Positions 1 through 10,538 of a stretch of 64,000 bases of DNA are shown in pieces. Below the pieces are notes generated by a model. It ran no database searches, was not told the origin of the DNA, and worked only from the letters and a program-made list of their open reading frames with translations. Position numbers and translations under genes: made by a program. How positions within the stretch are numbered: position 1 is the stretch's first letter; the number at the start of each line of letters is the position of its first letter. Source of the DNA: Emiliania huxleyi CCMP1516 (lineage: Eukaryota); the NCBI RefSeq assembly GCF_000372725.1, contig NW_005201792.1, positions 251,440-315,439 of the forward strand, given 5' to 3'.

Positions 1-2081
1 TACTGGACAAACACAGGGGCCGATTCAAACTCTGTGAGACGCCCACCAAGGTCGGCAAGACGAGCTGCGCTTTCTCGGATGCAATCACAGGCTGCTACCC
101 ACCCCCCTCCCCCCCTCCGCCTTCCCCTCCACCGCCGTCGCCTCCCCCGCCATCGCCGCCTCCGCCATCCCCACCCCCGCCATCGCCGCCGCCGTCCCCC
201 CCGCTGCTGTGCACTAGCATCGCAGGGCGTACCGTCACTAGCAAGTGCAGTCACGTTGCATACCCGGCCAATGACTGCACCAACTTTTACTGGACAAACA
301 ACAAGGGCCAGTTCAAACTCTGTGAGACGCCCACCAAGGTCGGCAAGACGAGCTGCGCCTCCTCAGATGCAATCACAGGCTGCTACCCACCCCCCTCCCC
401 GCCTCCGCCTTCCCCTCCACCGCCGTCTCCTCCCCCGCCATCGCCGCCTCCGCCGTCGCCGCCGCCGCCTGCGCCGCCACCCTCGCCGCCGCCACTTTCC
501 TGCAGCGACCTGGCAGGGCGCGCAGAAGTTGACAAATGTGGTACCGGCGCAGATATTAGCGATTGCGCGTCTTTCTATGCGGTGAAGGATGCCGCAGAAG
601 GCAAGTACCATCTGTGCTACAAGGAGGAGGGAGAGGACCGGTGTAGCAAAGAGAAGGTGATTTGCGCAAGCTTGCCAACGATTGCGCCGACAAATGCTCC
701 AACGGTTGCACCAACGATTGCACCGACAGCCTGCTTTCCGGAGGGCCTTAGCATCGATTTTGACGGGGCTGGGTACAGCAATGACATCAACAACCTCGGA
801 GGTTATCGCGGCCCTGGCGTGACCCTCAACAAAGAGAACAACGTGTGCAAAGGAAAGCTGGACTGGGGAGTGGAGCCGCCTCTCGGCGGCTGCCCATGCG
901 GCTGCGGCTGCGTCTGTTCGGACCTTCCACCCGCACCTCCGGGCTCACCACAGCAGCTGCTCTTTTCGCAAGTTGCCAAGCAGTACGACGGCACACAAAG
1001 CGAGCCGGTCCGGGTCTTGGTGCCGCAGCCTATTGATCATACCCCACCCAACCTCAGACCACCTCATTCACCCCACTCCGCTTGGCCACCTCCGCAGGAT
1101 CTCATCCTGACGAACGAGACCGAGTATACGCCGTGGAGCTCGATGAACAATGGGCGGCAGGGCAATTCCTTCGGTGAGGTTTCGGTCGCCGCCGGCACCG
1201 ACACGCGGTTCAAGTTCGCGTTTGCCGACTCGGACGACCCGGAGAAAGTGCCCGTCGAAGTGCCACATTGTGCGCGCCACCGCACCTCCATGGAGTAGTC
1301 GTCCGCGCACAGCTGCACAACGCTGACAGAACCCCGTGCGACCCGCTGTGCAGCTTTCGACTTTTGCTTCTTCGACATCGACACGGGGGTCGACGGGGTT
1401 CTGTCAGAATCGATTGAGGTAAACCCTCGAGTATAGCCCTGCATGACCACCGAATCTGAATGGTCTCATGCCGCACTGTGCCTCACCTTCACTGGGTCCG
1501 ATCACCAGGCGTGTGGCATCCTTGACTACTTTCATCATGGAGGTGGGGAGGACGGCGTTCCTGAGGGGCACGCGCTCTCATACTACCTGTGCGACAACAT
1601 CAAGGGCGACGAGTACTTGGAAGTGACGACTCCCTCGGCTGGCTGCAAGCTCGTCACAGCCTTGCGAGAGGGCATCGGCAGTGATAACCCGGTGACGTGG
1701 CTCGATGTGCTCGCGGGTCCTAGCGGCGGCTTCACCTGCGAGGACTATGACTTGTGCCCGAGCAACGGCGTCTCGGGGTATGCCCGGGGTCCGAGCAATG
1801 CGGTCGTCGACATAAAGACGTGCGCAACCGACGGCAGCGAGGGGGCTGGCCTCTTCCCCCAGTCGAGCGTGAATGTGACTGCACGCCTGCGCGGCGAGCC
1901 AATGCGCTACACGATGCCCAAGTTCGTCTGCTTCACGTACCCCGCCGGGCTCAGTAGCTTTGAGCTGACGTACCACGTAGGGCCAAATCCGGGAGCACCA
2001 CCCTACTACGGCCGTAATTTCTTCTTCTCGGGGGCTTATATCGTCGCTGCCGACGCCTCTTGTACCGCGTCGGAAAGATAA
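1..2081 (+). CDS. 5'-partial multi-exon surface protein: SPPPP linkers, 6-Cys modules and a C-terminal globular domain
   Basis: Frame 3 reads FKLCETPTKVGKTSC..GCYPPPSPPPP..LLCTSIAGRTVTSKC, then a divergent Cys module, APT repeats and NNLGGYRGPG..DLILTNETEYTPW..FGEV..FKFAF..FFDIDTG. It ends at the ORF 1443..2081 stop. Introns lie near 1011-1097, ~1270-1353 and ~1420-1508. There is a 1-nt deletion near base 13 relative to the other repeats. Confidence 0.7.
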
Positions 2082-2326
2082 AGCTTCACCCTCTTCGAAG
2101 CCCGGGGCTGGGGCGCGGCCCCGGAGCCCAGCGCGGCCGCCCGGAGCCCAGTCTGGGTCACTGAAAGTAGAGAAACTATTCTCCATCACGTACTGTCTGA
2201 CGTTGTACTGGTACTGGTGAACTCCGGGAGTACATGTACGACCCTAAAGGAGAAATACACAGTAGCCGCAAATATGTACACGCACACGACCCGAGACGTC
2301 TCTTGATCTGGGTGCGGCTCTACATA

Positions 2327-4190
2327 TACTGCCGGGCGCGCGGGGCGGAGATATGGGAGGTGCTTGTTCATGTTCATGCGTCACCGCCTGGCGGTAGCAG
2401 CACGCTTCTCTAGCATCCCCTGGATAACCTTGAGGCAGGAGAGTAAACAAAACACAACCTGCAGGCACAAACCGTCACCACGAAGTCAAAACATGTTCAT
2501 GCGTCAGAGAGCTTGATCGCGAGTGCAACCGTGAGCCACGACCAAGGGACGTGCGCCGTGTTTCCGTGCCGATTGATTGTGCACAAGTCGGGGCGCGCGG
2601 CGCCGCTCCCCTCGCCGTCCCCCTCGTCGGCAGCCTCGGGCGGCGCGGCGGCGCGCTCGAGCGCGCTCTTGATGATGTTTGGCGTGCGGTTGGGCGCGAG
2701 CGGGGCGGAGTGCCGGCAGAGCGGCTCCAGCAGCGGCGCGAGAGGCACCACGCCGAGAAGCGCGCCGCTCTCATCCACGTGGCGGACGGCGGCGCGCATG
2801 GCGCCGACGGCGGACTCTCCATCGCAGCCGGGTCCGAGGACGAGGTGGGTGCACCTGCGAGCTCCGGCGTGTGGCGTCACGGGCGGCGCCATATGGGCGT
2901 GAGGGGGCCATAGTGCCGAGAGGGGTGGGAGGGTGGGTTGGTCGGGGAGGACGAGCGTCTGGGCGAGGGAGAAGGGCGAGAGCGGGAGCCGCGCACGGGA
3001 TCCGACTCGCGCGCAGCGCGTGCAGCACCTGCCTGTCGCGGCCGCACTCCGGGTCGCTTGCAAAGTCGACGCCTCCCGTCAGCGAGTCTCCTGGGGGCAG
3101 CGAGGCGGGGCTCGAACGGGGATGCAACGTGCGGGAGTGCAGTGCGAAGGGAGGGCCTCCTCCCCAAGCGCCGTGCAGTGTGCCGAAGTCGACCGACAGA
3201 GGGCGCAGTGAGTCTCACTCAGAGCTCTCCCCCGTCATAGCCGAGGCACCTCCGAGGTCGACTGCGAGGATCGCGTCGACGCGCCTAGGGATGCGTCCCA
3301 CGGCGGGCTGCAGGAGGCGGGCTGCGGCGGGCTGCTTGGCGGCTCCAGTGGAGCGCACAGGCGAGCGAGCGAGGAGGTGATAGCCCCGGTGTTTGCACGT
3401 GTCACCTCCTCCACAGAAGAAGGCCCCTTCCCGTCCTCCGGCACCACGAGCAGAAAGGGAGAGCCTGCGGGACGGCAGGGCGGTCGGTGACACGAGGCGA
3501 GGCGCCCTGGCGAGCCGGAAGCGACACCTTCGGCGCCGCGCGGAAGGCTCTGCTCGAGGCGGGTGGAGCCGTAGCACCCGTCTCCTGCCGCCAGCGGGAC
3601 GACGTTCGGAGGGCAGCGCCACAGGTGCGGTGCGAGCTGCTCGTGGCTCGGCATCGGCCGCGGAGAAACGCAGTTGGCAAAGAGCACTGTAGCACCCGGG
3701 CTCCGAGCCTCCCACGCCTGCGCGAAGGCCAGTGCACCGAGCACATCGCAGCCTCCGCCCATGCCGATGACGATGCCGCGTTGGCCCGACCGCAGCGACG
3801 GCAGCTCAAATATGCTGAGCGCGCGGGGCAGGAGGCCATCGTAGAGGCACATAATTGGGGCCCGGGCGGAGGGACCAACCAACACCGCGCCACCGCTCCA
3901 CAGCTCGGTGGGTTCGGCCCTCCTGCCACCTAGGGGATGCGCCCCGAGCGCAGGCAGTGCCCACAGGTCGGACCTTAAGACAGGGGATATCACTTTACTG
4001 CAGCAGGCGAAAGTAGGTGAAGCCCAAAACCTGGCTGCGCTGCCAAACGCGTCGTCCTCCGCAAATCGCAGCCCATTAGCCCTTCTGAGCCTCCTCCACT
4101 AGAAATTGGGCGACGCGCGATGTCGGCGATCGGTACAGTATCCAAGCACCCTCGGTGGTGAGGTGCCTCTGCATGTGACGGACAGACCTA
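2327..4190. repeat. Left arm of ~1.87-kb inverted segmental duplication
   Basis: Near-identical to the reverse complement of 27868-29742. The ORF translations match pairwise (e.g. 2497..3063 vs 29010..29576). Confidence 0.97.
2497..3852 (-). CDS. DUF1152-like protein, copy 1 (multi-exon)
   Basis: MCLYDGLLP..IVIGMGGGCDVLGA..VLFAN..VDAILAVDLGG|DSLTGG..HLVLGPGCDGES. The GGG.DV and D.GGDSL motifs fit DUF1152. Confidence 0.65.
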
Positions 4191-5867
4191 GAGCGCAACC
4201 AGGCGAGTGCGGCAGGAGCACGGCGGGTGCGGTGGGCGTCGCGAGAGCGCGACGGGCGTCGCACATATCTCATCTCTCGGAGGCGCCTCAGAGTCAAGCC
4301 ACCGAGAGCGTGTAGCAACGCGCGCGTCGGGTCCTCCATCCAGCGCCGCTCGTCGATCCGGAGCGTAAAATCTGCATACGGCACGCGTGGAGAGAAGGGG
4401 AGGTCCACATACCTGGCCAGCTCCGTCTCTGCAGAGACGTAGCGCGAGTAGCTGCCTGCGTCGGCGAATGGCGGTTAGTCCTCGCCCGGAGGCGCATCAT
4501 GGAGAAGCGGCGTCGGTGCCTATGAGAAGAGGCAGGCAGCCCGCGGCGATGGCGTCCGAAAACCGGCTCGAGGAGGGTGTGTCGCCTCGGATCACTGGGC
4601 AAAACACGCTCGTTGCCATCTCCGCCGCGAGCGCTCGCTTACTGAACACGTCCTTTGAGCAGTTGGCCTTGCGCCTGTCACATCGCCTCACCTGACAGAC
4701 AGCACGCACACACACTTGCCGTTCCGAGCGAGGACCGCTCGCAGAGCTGTCTGGCGGGCGCTCAACCTCCTCCAAAATGAGCCCGCGCGTGCAGCCGAAG
4801 CGAGTGATTGGTAGTGCCGACGTATTGAGTCGACTCAGAGCTTGCCGCGCCGGATAATGCAGCGCCCCCCGGAAGCTGAGCAGCGTCGTCCTGGATGCAC
4901 CTCGCAGCATCTCTGCCCGGCAATACCTACGGGAGGCGAACGTCCTCTGCCCGCGGCGCTTTTCCCCAATGCACTTGTGGGGCCAGTGCACGCGTGGGCC
5001 AAGTGGATACCCCCCCTCCCCTCACGTCTATGGCTGCAGGCACGTGTTTTCCACGTATGGCAGCGGCACAAAGCGGCGGACGCGTCCGAGAAAGGGATGC
5101 GCCGTGTCATTCCAGAGGCGCGGGCGGCCACCGTCGACGAACCCAGCCAAGCTGCAGTTCTGTGCCGCGTAGTGCCCGTCCTCCGCCTTCAAGGAGAGAA
5201 TATCGCCCCAGAGGTAGCTGCGGTTCCAAAAGTTGCTGACGAGCAGACCTGTGAGAAGGAGACGGTTTTTGCGGCGCATCGTTGCGCAGTGAGAGACCAG
5301 GTATCGCCCCACCCGCGCGTGTGTGGAGATCTAATGGGCAGACATGTTCTGGGTCGCATCCGCAGGAGACCCCGTGCGACTGTCGTCATGCGCTGCTCGT
5401 GCGTGAGGCCGAGGCACCGGGAGCTGAGCAAGCTGAGCTGCGGCAGCACTGGCAGATAAAAGGGCAAGGCGGAGAGTCGAGGGTGGAGGAGGAGCTCCGC
5501 CGCGTGCTCCCACTTGACCTGACACGGGTAAAGAGGTGCACGCCCGTCGGGCGGTGGCCCGGGCCAGAGGGCGAGTGTCAGGGGGGGTGTCTGACCGCAT
5601 CTTTCGAGAATGCGCGCGCAATGCTGCTTCCCCGTCGGCGGAGGCAGCGTTCGTACTCGTGCGGTGCCACGAGCTGGAGGCTGCCGATGGCGCGGGAATT
5701 GGCGCCGAGAGTCGGCATACAAGTTTGAATCGGGTCGCTTTAGGCACCAGGCACAGGCCGGTGAAGGTCCAGGGCTCACACCTCTCGTAGACTCGAACAA
5801 ACAAACAACGCGCAGTCGGGGCGTGATTTCTTTCTTCCAAGTGTGCGTGTCGCGCACTCACATTCAT
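4076..5867 (-). CDS. Exostosin-like glycosyltransferase (GT47), multi-exon, start uncertain
   Basis: LLSFRGAL..MATSVFCPVIRGDTPSSSRFSDAIAAGCLPLLIG..DLPFSPRVPYADFTLRIDE matches the GT47 FCxxPxGDxxxxxRxxDAIxxGCIP and LPF signature. Confidence 0.75.
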
Positions 5868-5985
5868 GCATGTCCGGTCTCAATGAATGTCCCACCCCCC
5901 TGCGCGCGGGCCTTCTAGGCCTGCGGGTAGTCTCCCCCCCATCCCCAGGGCCCCCAGGGCTCGCACCTCAACCTCTCTAGACCAG
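5868..5985 (-). repeat. Dispersed ~170-bp element, copy 1 (truncated)
   Basis: TCTCAATG..CCACCCCCCTGCGCGCGGGCCTTCTAGGCC.GCGGGTAG..CTCGCACCTCAACCTCTC.AGACCAG is shared with 45667-45836 (reverse complement) and 59077-59237. Confidence 0.9.
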
Positions 5986-5989
5986 TTGT

Positions 5990-7566
5990 GTTAGGTGCCT
6001 ATATGGGCTTCCAGTATCGGACCTTCAAGACATGCGCTTTTGGCCGGTGGCCTCTTCGGACATGGTACCGACCGGTGAGCAGTGCGGCACTGAGGCCGAC
6101 ATGAGAGCTGGTGCGGCACACAAGCGAGATGTGTTGCCGCACAGCATTTCCGGCTTACGCTCGATACGTTGGCTGGCACCATGGGCACCTGCGCGAGCCG
6201 TGGTGATTGGCTGGGCACAGAGGCTCGGCGCACGGTGGCACAGCGGCCGCCAACTGCTCGGCTCGGAGGCTGAGCAGAATGAGTACAACCGCAACATCAA
6301 CTTGGGTGCTTGCGGATCTTCTGCGACAGAGCGCATCTCCGCCAGCACTGCGGCTGTGTGGACACGAGTATCCCCTCTTGCTTCTCCTTACCGGTCCGTT
6401 CTCCTCGCCTACGGACCACCATCGCAGCTGCTGCCTCCGCTACCAGCTCTCGGGCTGCTGCAACGGCAGTTACCGCAAAGATCTCGCACCGAATGTGGAC
6501 CCTGCCTTTCGCCGCCGCTACTTCCGACGTCGCCGCTCGACACGACCGGAGCTGTACGCGATGAACACGCGACGATCGACACACGCCCTCTCTGCCTTGT
6601 GTGGCGATTACCACGTCGTGGGGGAGTGTTGGGCATCTGTTCGACGTGGCAATGCCACTCTACCTCATTGCTGTCTCTTCCTCGTCTCGCCTCCTCGCGC
6701 TAGCCCGTCCCGCTGTCCAACGCCTCTGGCAAGAAGTCCAATGCGCCTCTCTACGAGCGTCTCTGGTCTGCACGTCTGAGACTGAGCCTGCCATCTCCGA
6801 CGTCGGCGGCCCGTGGCGCAACATCAACGTTCGGGGCATTGAAGATCGTCCTCACGTCCCTGATGCGCTCATCCGCGTCAACGCGGCGAGGCCTCCCAAC
6901 GGCCCAATCGCCGCGCCGCAAGGGGGCGCCCCCGCTGCCGCTCCCGCGCCCGCCGCTCCCGCCGCGCCCGCTCAAGCCACCGCCCCGCGACGCTCAGCCC
7001 GGATTGCAGCTCGCGGCGCACCATGACCGAGCTCCACAACGAGCTCCTGTTCATTATCTCCCCTTTCTCTCTCTCCGCCCACTCGGCCGCGCTTTGACCC
7101 CTTCACTGGATCATCTTAGCGCGCAAGTCTTGCCAACAAGCAAGACCATCCTTCGCGAAGACGCAAGGTTGGACGCTTAGCCAGCCCCGGCCCCCGCGAG
7201 ACGCCGGCGGGTAACCGGCATACCTACGCTCAGACACATTCACACTCTGCTGTTGTTGTCTGCCGCATCCTCATTCATGAAGACTGCGGAGACAATGGGG
7301 GAGTGTTGGAGAGTGTGAACTCAAACCTACTTCCTGACCGTAGCCTGACCGTCCATCCTTTTCTCTCTTCTTGTGTATGTATCAAAAACAAAACTTAGTC
7401 TTAGAGTTGTTTGGTATTGCTAAAAATCTCTCTCTCTGTATGTAACCGTCTCATGTTTGGACTTTGGTTTGTCCTGCCGCGCACATTGTCATCGACTTGT
7501 ATCCGACTTGGTGGCTGTGGTGATGTACTCGAGTAGCGATGGTGTGGGTCTCTAGTGACCTATACA
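5990..7566 (+). mobile_element. Degenerate LTR-retrotransposon remnant (gag-like fragment, PPT, probable 3' LTR)
   Basis: A frameshifted zinc knuckle CLV(C)GDYHVVGECW lies at ~6592-6640. A purine tract AATGGGGGAG is followed directly by TGTTG at 7304, then an AT-rich LTR-like block ending ..TATACA near 7566. No pol domains are visible. Confidence 0.4.
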
Positions 7567-7791
7567 GCTCCTCCGTGTTCCGTCTCCTGACAGCTTCCTT
7601 AGAAGCCGCGCCATACGATTTAAAAGAATTCTTAAGATACAAGCCTCTCTCACAGCACACTGGCACGACAAGGGCGCGGACTGGCGCGGACTGGCACACT
7701 GGCACACACACCAGAAAAAAGAAAGGGCGCGTGGCGCTGAAGAGTTGACCACCTCCCTCGCCCTCGCCGCCGCCGCCAGCCCCGCCGCCGT

Positions 7792-9998
7792 ATGTCTCGC
7801 CCGCCTCCCGTCCCGCCACCCGTGCCTCCCGTATCGCCGTTGTCGATCGATACGGCCGGCCACCAATCCCTGGACGACGATTGCCGGGTCTGGTCGCCTG
7901 CACGGGCGTGGCGTGAGTCGCCGCGGTGGCAGAGGTCGGCGGATGGGAGCCAGCCTCACCCGGCGGGGCTCGGCGAGCCCTTCCTCGACGAACGTGTGGC
8001 CTCAGGTGCCTCGCCGCTCACCAATGAGCGGGTCGTAGCCGCTCTGCTGCCGAACCAGGCGTCGAGCATATCCAGCTCCGGGGAGCACGAGCCGTGGCCA
8101 CCGGCGGACGGCGTCCCGGTCCATAGCGGGGACGAGCTGCCGCCCTTCCGCTTCAGCTGGCGGAGGCTGTGGCGTTTCCTGGGCCCGGGCTTCCTGATGA
8201 GTCTGGCTTACCTCGATCCCGGCAACCTGGAGAGCAACCTGCAGGCGGGGGCCTACACGGGCCTGCGGCTGACGTGGGTGCTCTGGTGGGCGACGATGAT
8301 GGGGCTGGTGATGCAGGAGAGCGCGGCGCGGCTGGCGCTGGTGACGGGCTGCGACCTCGCCCAGCTCGTGCGCGCGAGGTACCCGCGCTGGCTCAACTAC
8401 GTCGTGTACTTTAACATGGAGGCCGCGGTCATCGCGGCAGACTTCCAGTGGTGCGGTCCCCGCCACCCATGACACGTCCTTGACGCGTCCCTGACACGCC
8501 CCACAGGCAGACATCCAGGAGGTGGTCGGGTCCGCCATCGCCCTCTCGCTGCTCAGCGGAGGGTGGGTCCCCCTCTGGCTCGGCTGCATCATCACCGGCC
8601 TCGACAGCCGACCCTTCCCGACGCGCCCGACCCGGCCCCGACCCGGCCCCGCCATGTCGCGCAGGCCTCGACACCTTCACCTTCCTCGCGGTGCAGCAGC
8701 TCGGCGTGCGCTACCTCGAGCTTCTCATCTGCGCGATGATCGGCGCGATGGCGGTCTGCTTCTCTCTCAACTTGGGCCACACCGGGGTCGACTCGGCACG
8801 AGCCGCAGCTGGCTGTGGGTGTGAAGAGGGTCGTCGCTGCAGGCCGCCGCTTGCGAGTAGGCCGAGCTGCTGCGCGGGTGGGCGCTACCCGGCCTGCAGA
8901 GCTACGCCGTCACGCAGGCCGTCGGGACGGTCGGCGCCGTCATCATGCCGCACAACCTCTTTCTGCACTCGGGGGTGGTGCTGTCGCGCCGCGTGCCTCG
9001 CTCGACGCCGCGCCGCGTCAACGAGTCGATCTGGTACACGCGGATCGAGTCGACGCTCGCGCTGCTCCTCTCCTTCTACATCAACCTCGCCGTGGTCGCC
9101 ACCAACGACGCGAGCTTCTTTGACCCCGCGTGCGCCACGCAGCCCGACGGGCCGAAGGCGTGCTTGCCTGCGAGCGCGGCCGATACGACCATCACCTCGC
9201 ACCACTGCGACCGGCCGGGCGGAGGAAAGGGCGTGTGCGGCGAGCTCGGCCTTCTCGCCGAGGGGTACGCGCTCGAGGCGAGCCTCGGGCCGACTTCGCT
9301 CTACGTGTGGGCCATCGGGCTGCTCGCCGCGGGCCAGGCGTCGACGATGGTGTGCACGTACGCGGGACAGATCATCATGGGCGGCTGCCTCGAGCTCTCC
9401 CTCGCGCCGTGGTGCGGCGCACACAAGTAGCTCCGCCGGCCAGCAGCTTCGCCCCTCTCCCCCTCTTGCGCCGCCGCGCCTGGCCGCTCCAGCCGCACGC
9501 CAGCTGACGCCGAGCGCGACTCACAGGAAGCGCGTCGCGCTCACGCGCTCCCTCGCCCTCGGGCCCGCCCTGCTGGTGGCGGCCTATACCGCGCCCAACC
9601 CGGCGCTCTTCTCCAACATCAACGAGTACCTCAACGTCCTCCAGTCGGCAGCCCTGCCCCTCGCACCCGCCAGCCATTCGCCCGCACCGTCACACGCGTA
9701 GCCTCTCGCCCCCTCTCCAGTTGCGCCCTCCTCCCTCCTGCCCACCTCAACGCAGGTGCAGCTCCCGTTTGCAGTCTTGCCGGCGCTCACTTTCGCCGCC
9801 TCCAAGCCGCTGATGGGCCCCTTCCGCACGCGGCGCGCGCTGCTCGCCGTCTCGTACGCGGTCGCCACCGTCATCATCGCCGTCAACATCTACCTCGTCG
9901 CGCAGAGCGTCGCGCACCTCTCCTCGCTCGCGGCGCTCGCCGCCTTCGCCTACTCGGCGCTCTACGTCGCCGTCTGCATCCGGATGGCATGCGGCTGA
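7792..9998 (+). CDS. NRAMP: NRAMP-family divalent metal (Mn/Fe) transporter, multi-exon
   Basis: GPGFLMSLAYLDPGN, ADIQEVVGSAIA, QAVGTVGAVIMPHNLFLHS, WAIGLLAAGQASTMVCTYAGQIIMGG and LNVLQSVQLPFAVLP motifs. Confidence 0.95.
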
Positions 9999-10312
9999 GT
10001 CAACAGTTATGCCGAGCAACTTGCAGGCGGCCATCGATCGACTGTAGCTACACCGCGACAGCACTCAGCAAAAAAAAACGCTCTTCACTTATTTGCATAC
10101 TCCTCCCTCGAGAAATAGCGCCGTATGGACTATGGTCGACCAGGGCCGGCGAGTACAGTACCGAGTACAATTTTCTCCCGTCACATCCTTCGCGCTTTTC
10201 TCTCTCCAAAACGAAACTCCGAGAATGCGCCAGAATCTCGAGAACGGCGGTTCTTCTCGTTTTATCTTTTGGCGGTTCATCTCTCCACCCTCGCCCAGGG
10301 ATCTACAACGCT

Positions 10313-10352
10313 GTCTTAAGGTCCGACCTGTGGGCTCTGCCTGCGCTCGGCA
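10313..10352 (+). repeat. ~40-bp dispersed motif CTGTCTTAAGGTCCGACCTGTGGGC.CTGCCTGCGCTCGG
   Basis: Also present at ~28076-28114 (+) and ~3944-3983 (-). Confidence 0.85.
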
Positions 10353-10538
10353 CCCGGCACCGCCTCGGTATACAAAATGCGCCTGCGGGCGGACCCTCAC
10401 AGATCACAGATCACAGATCACATCACGACACGCTTACAAGGCACACTGACACAACTGGCGGCAATGACGAAGTTGGCGCATGGCGGCGAGGAAGTGAGGT
10501 GGGCGGGTTCCGAACTTTCGACCTTTCCCCGCCCTCCT

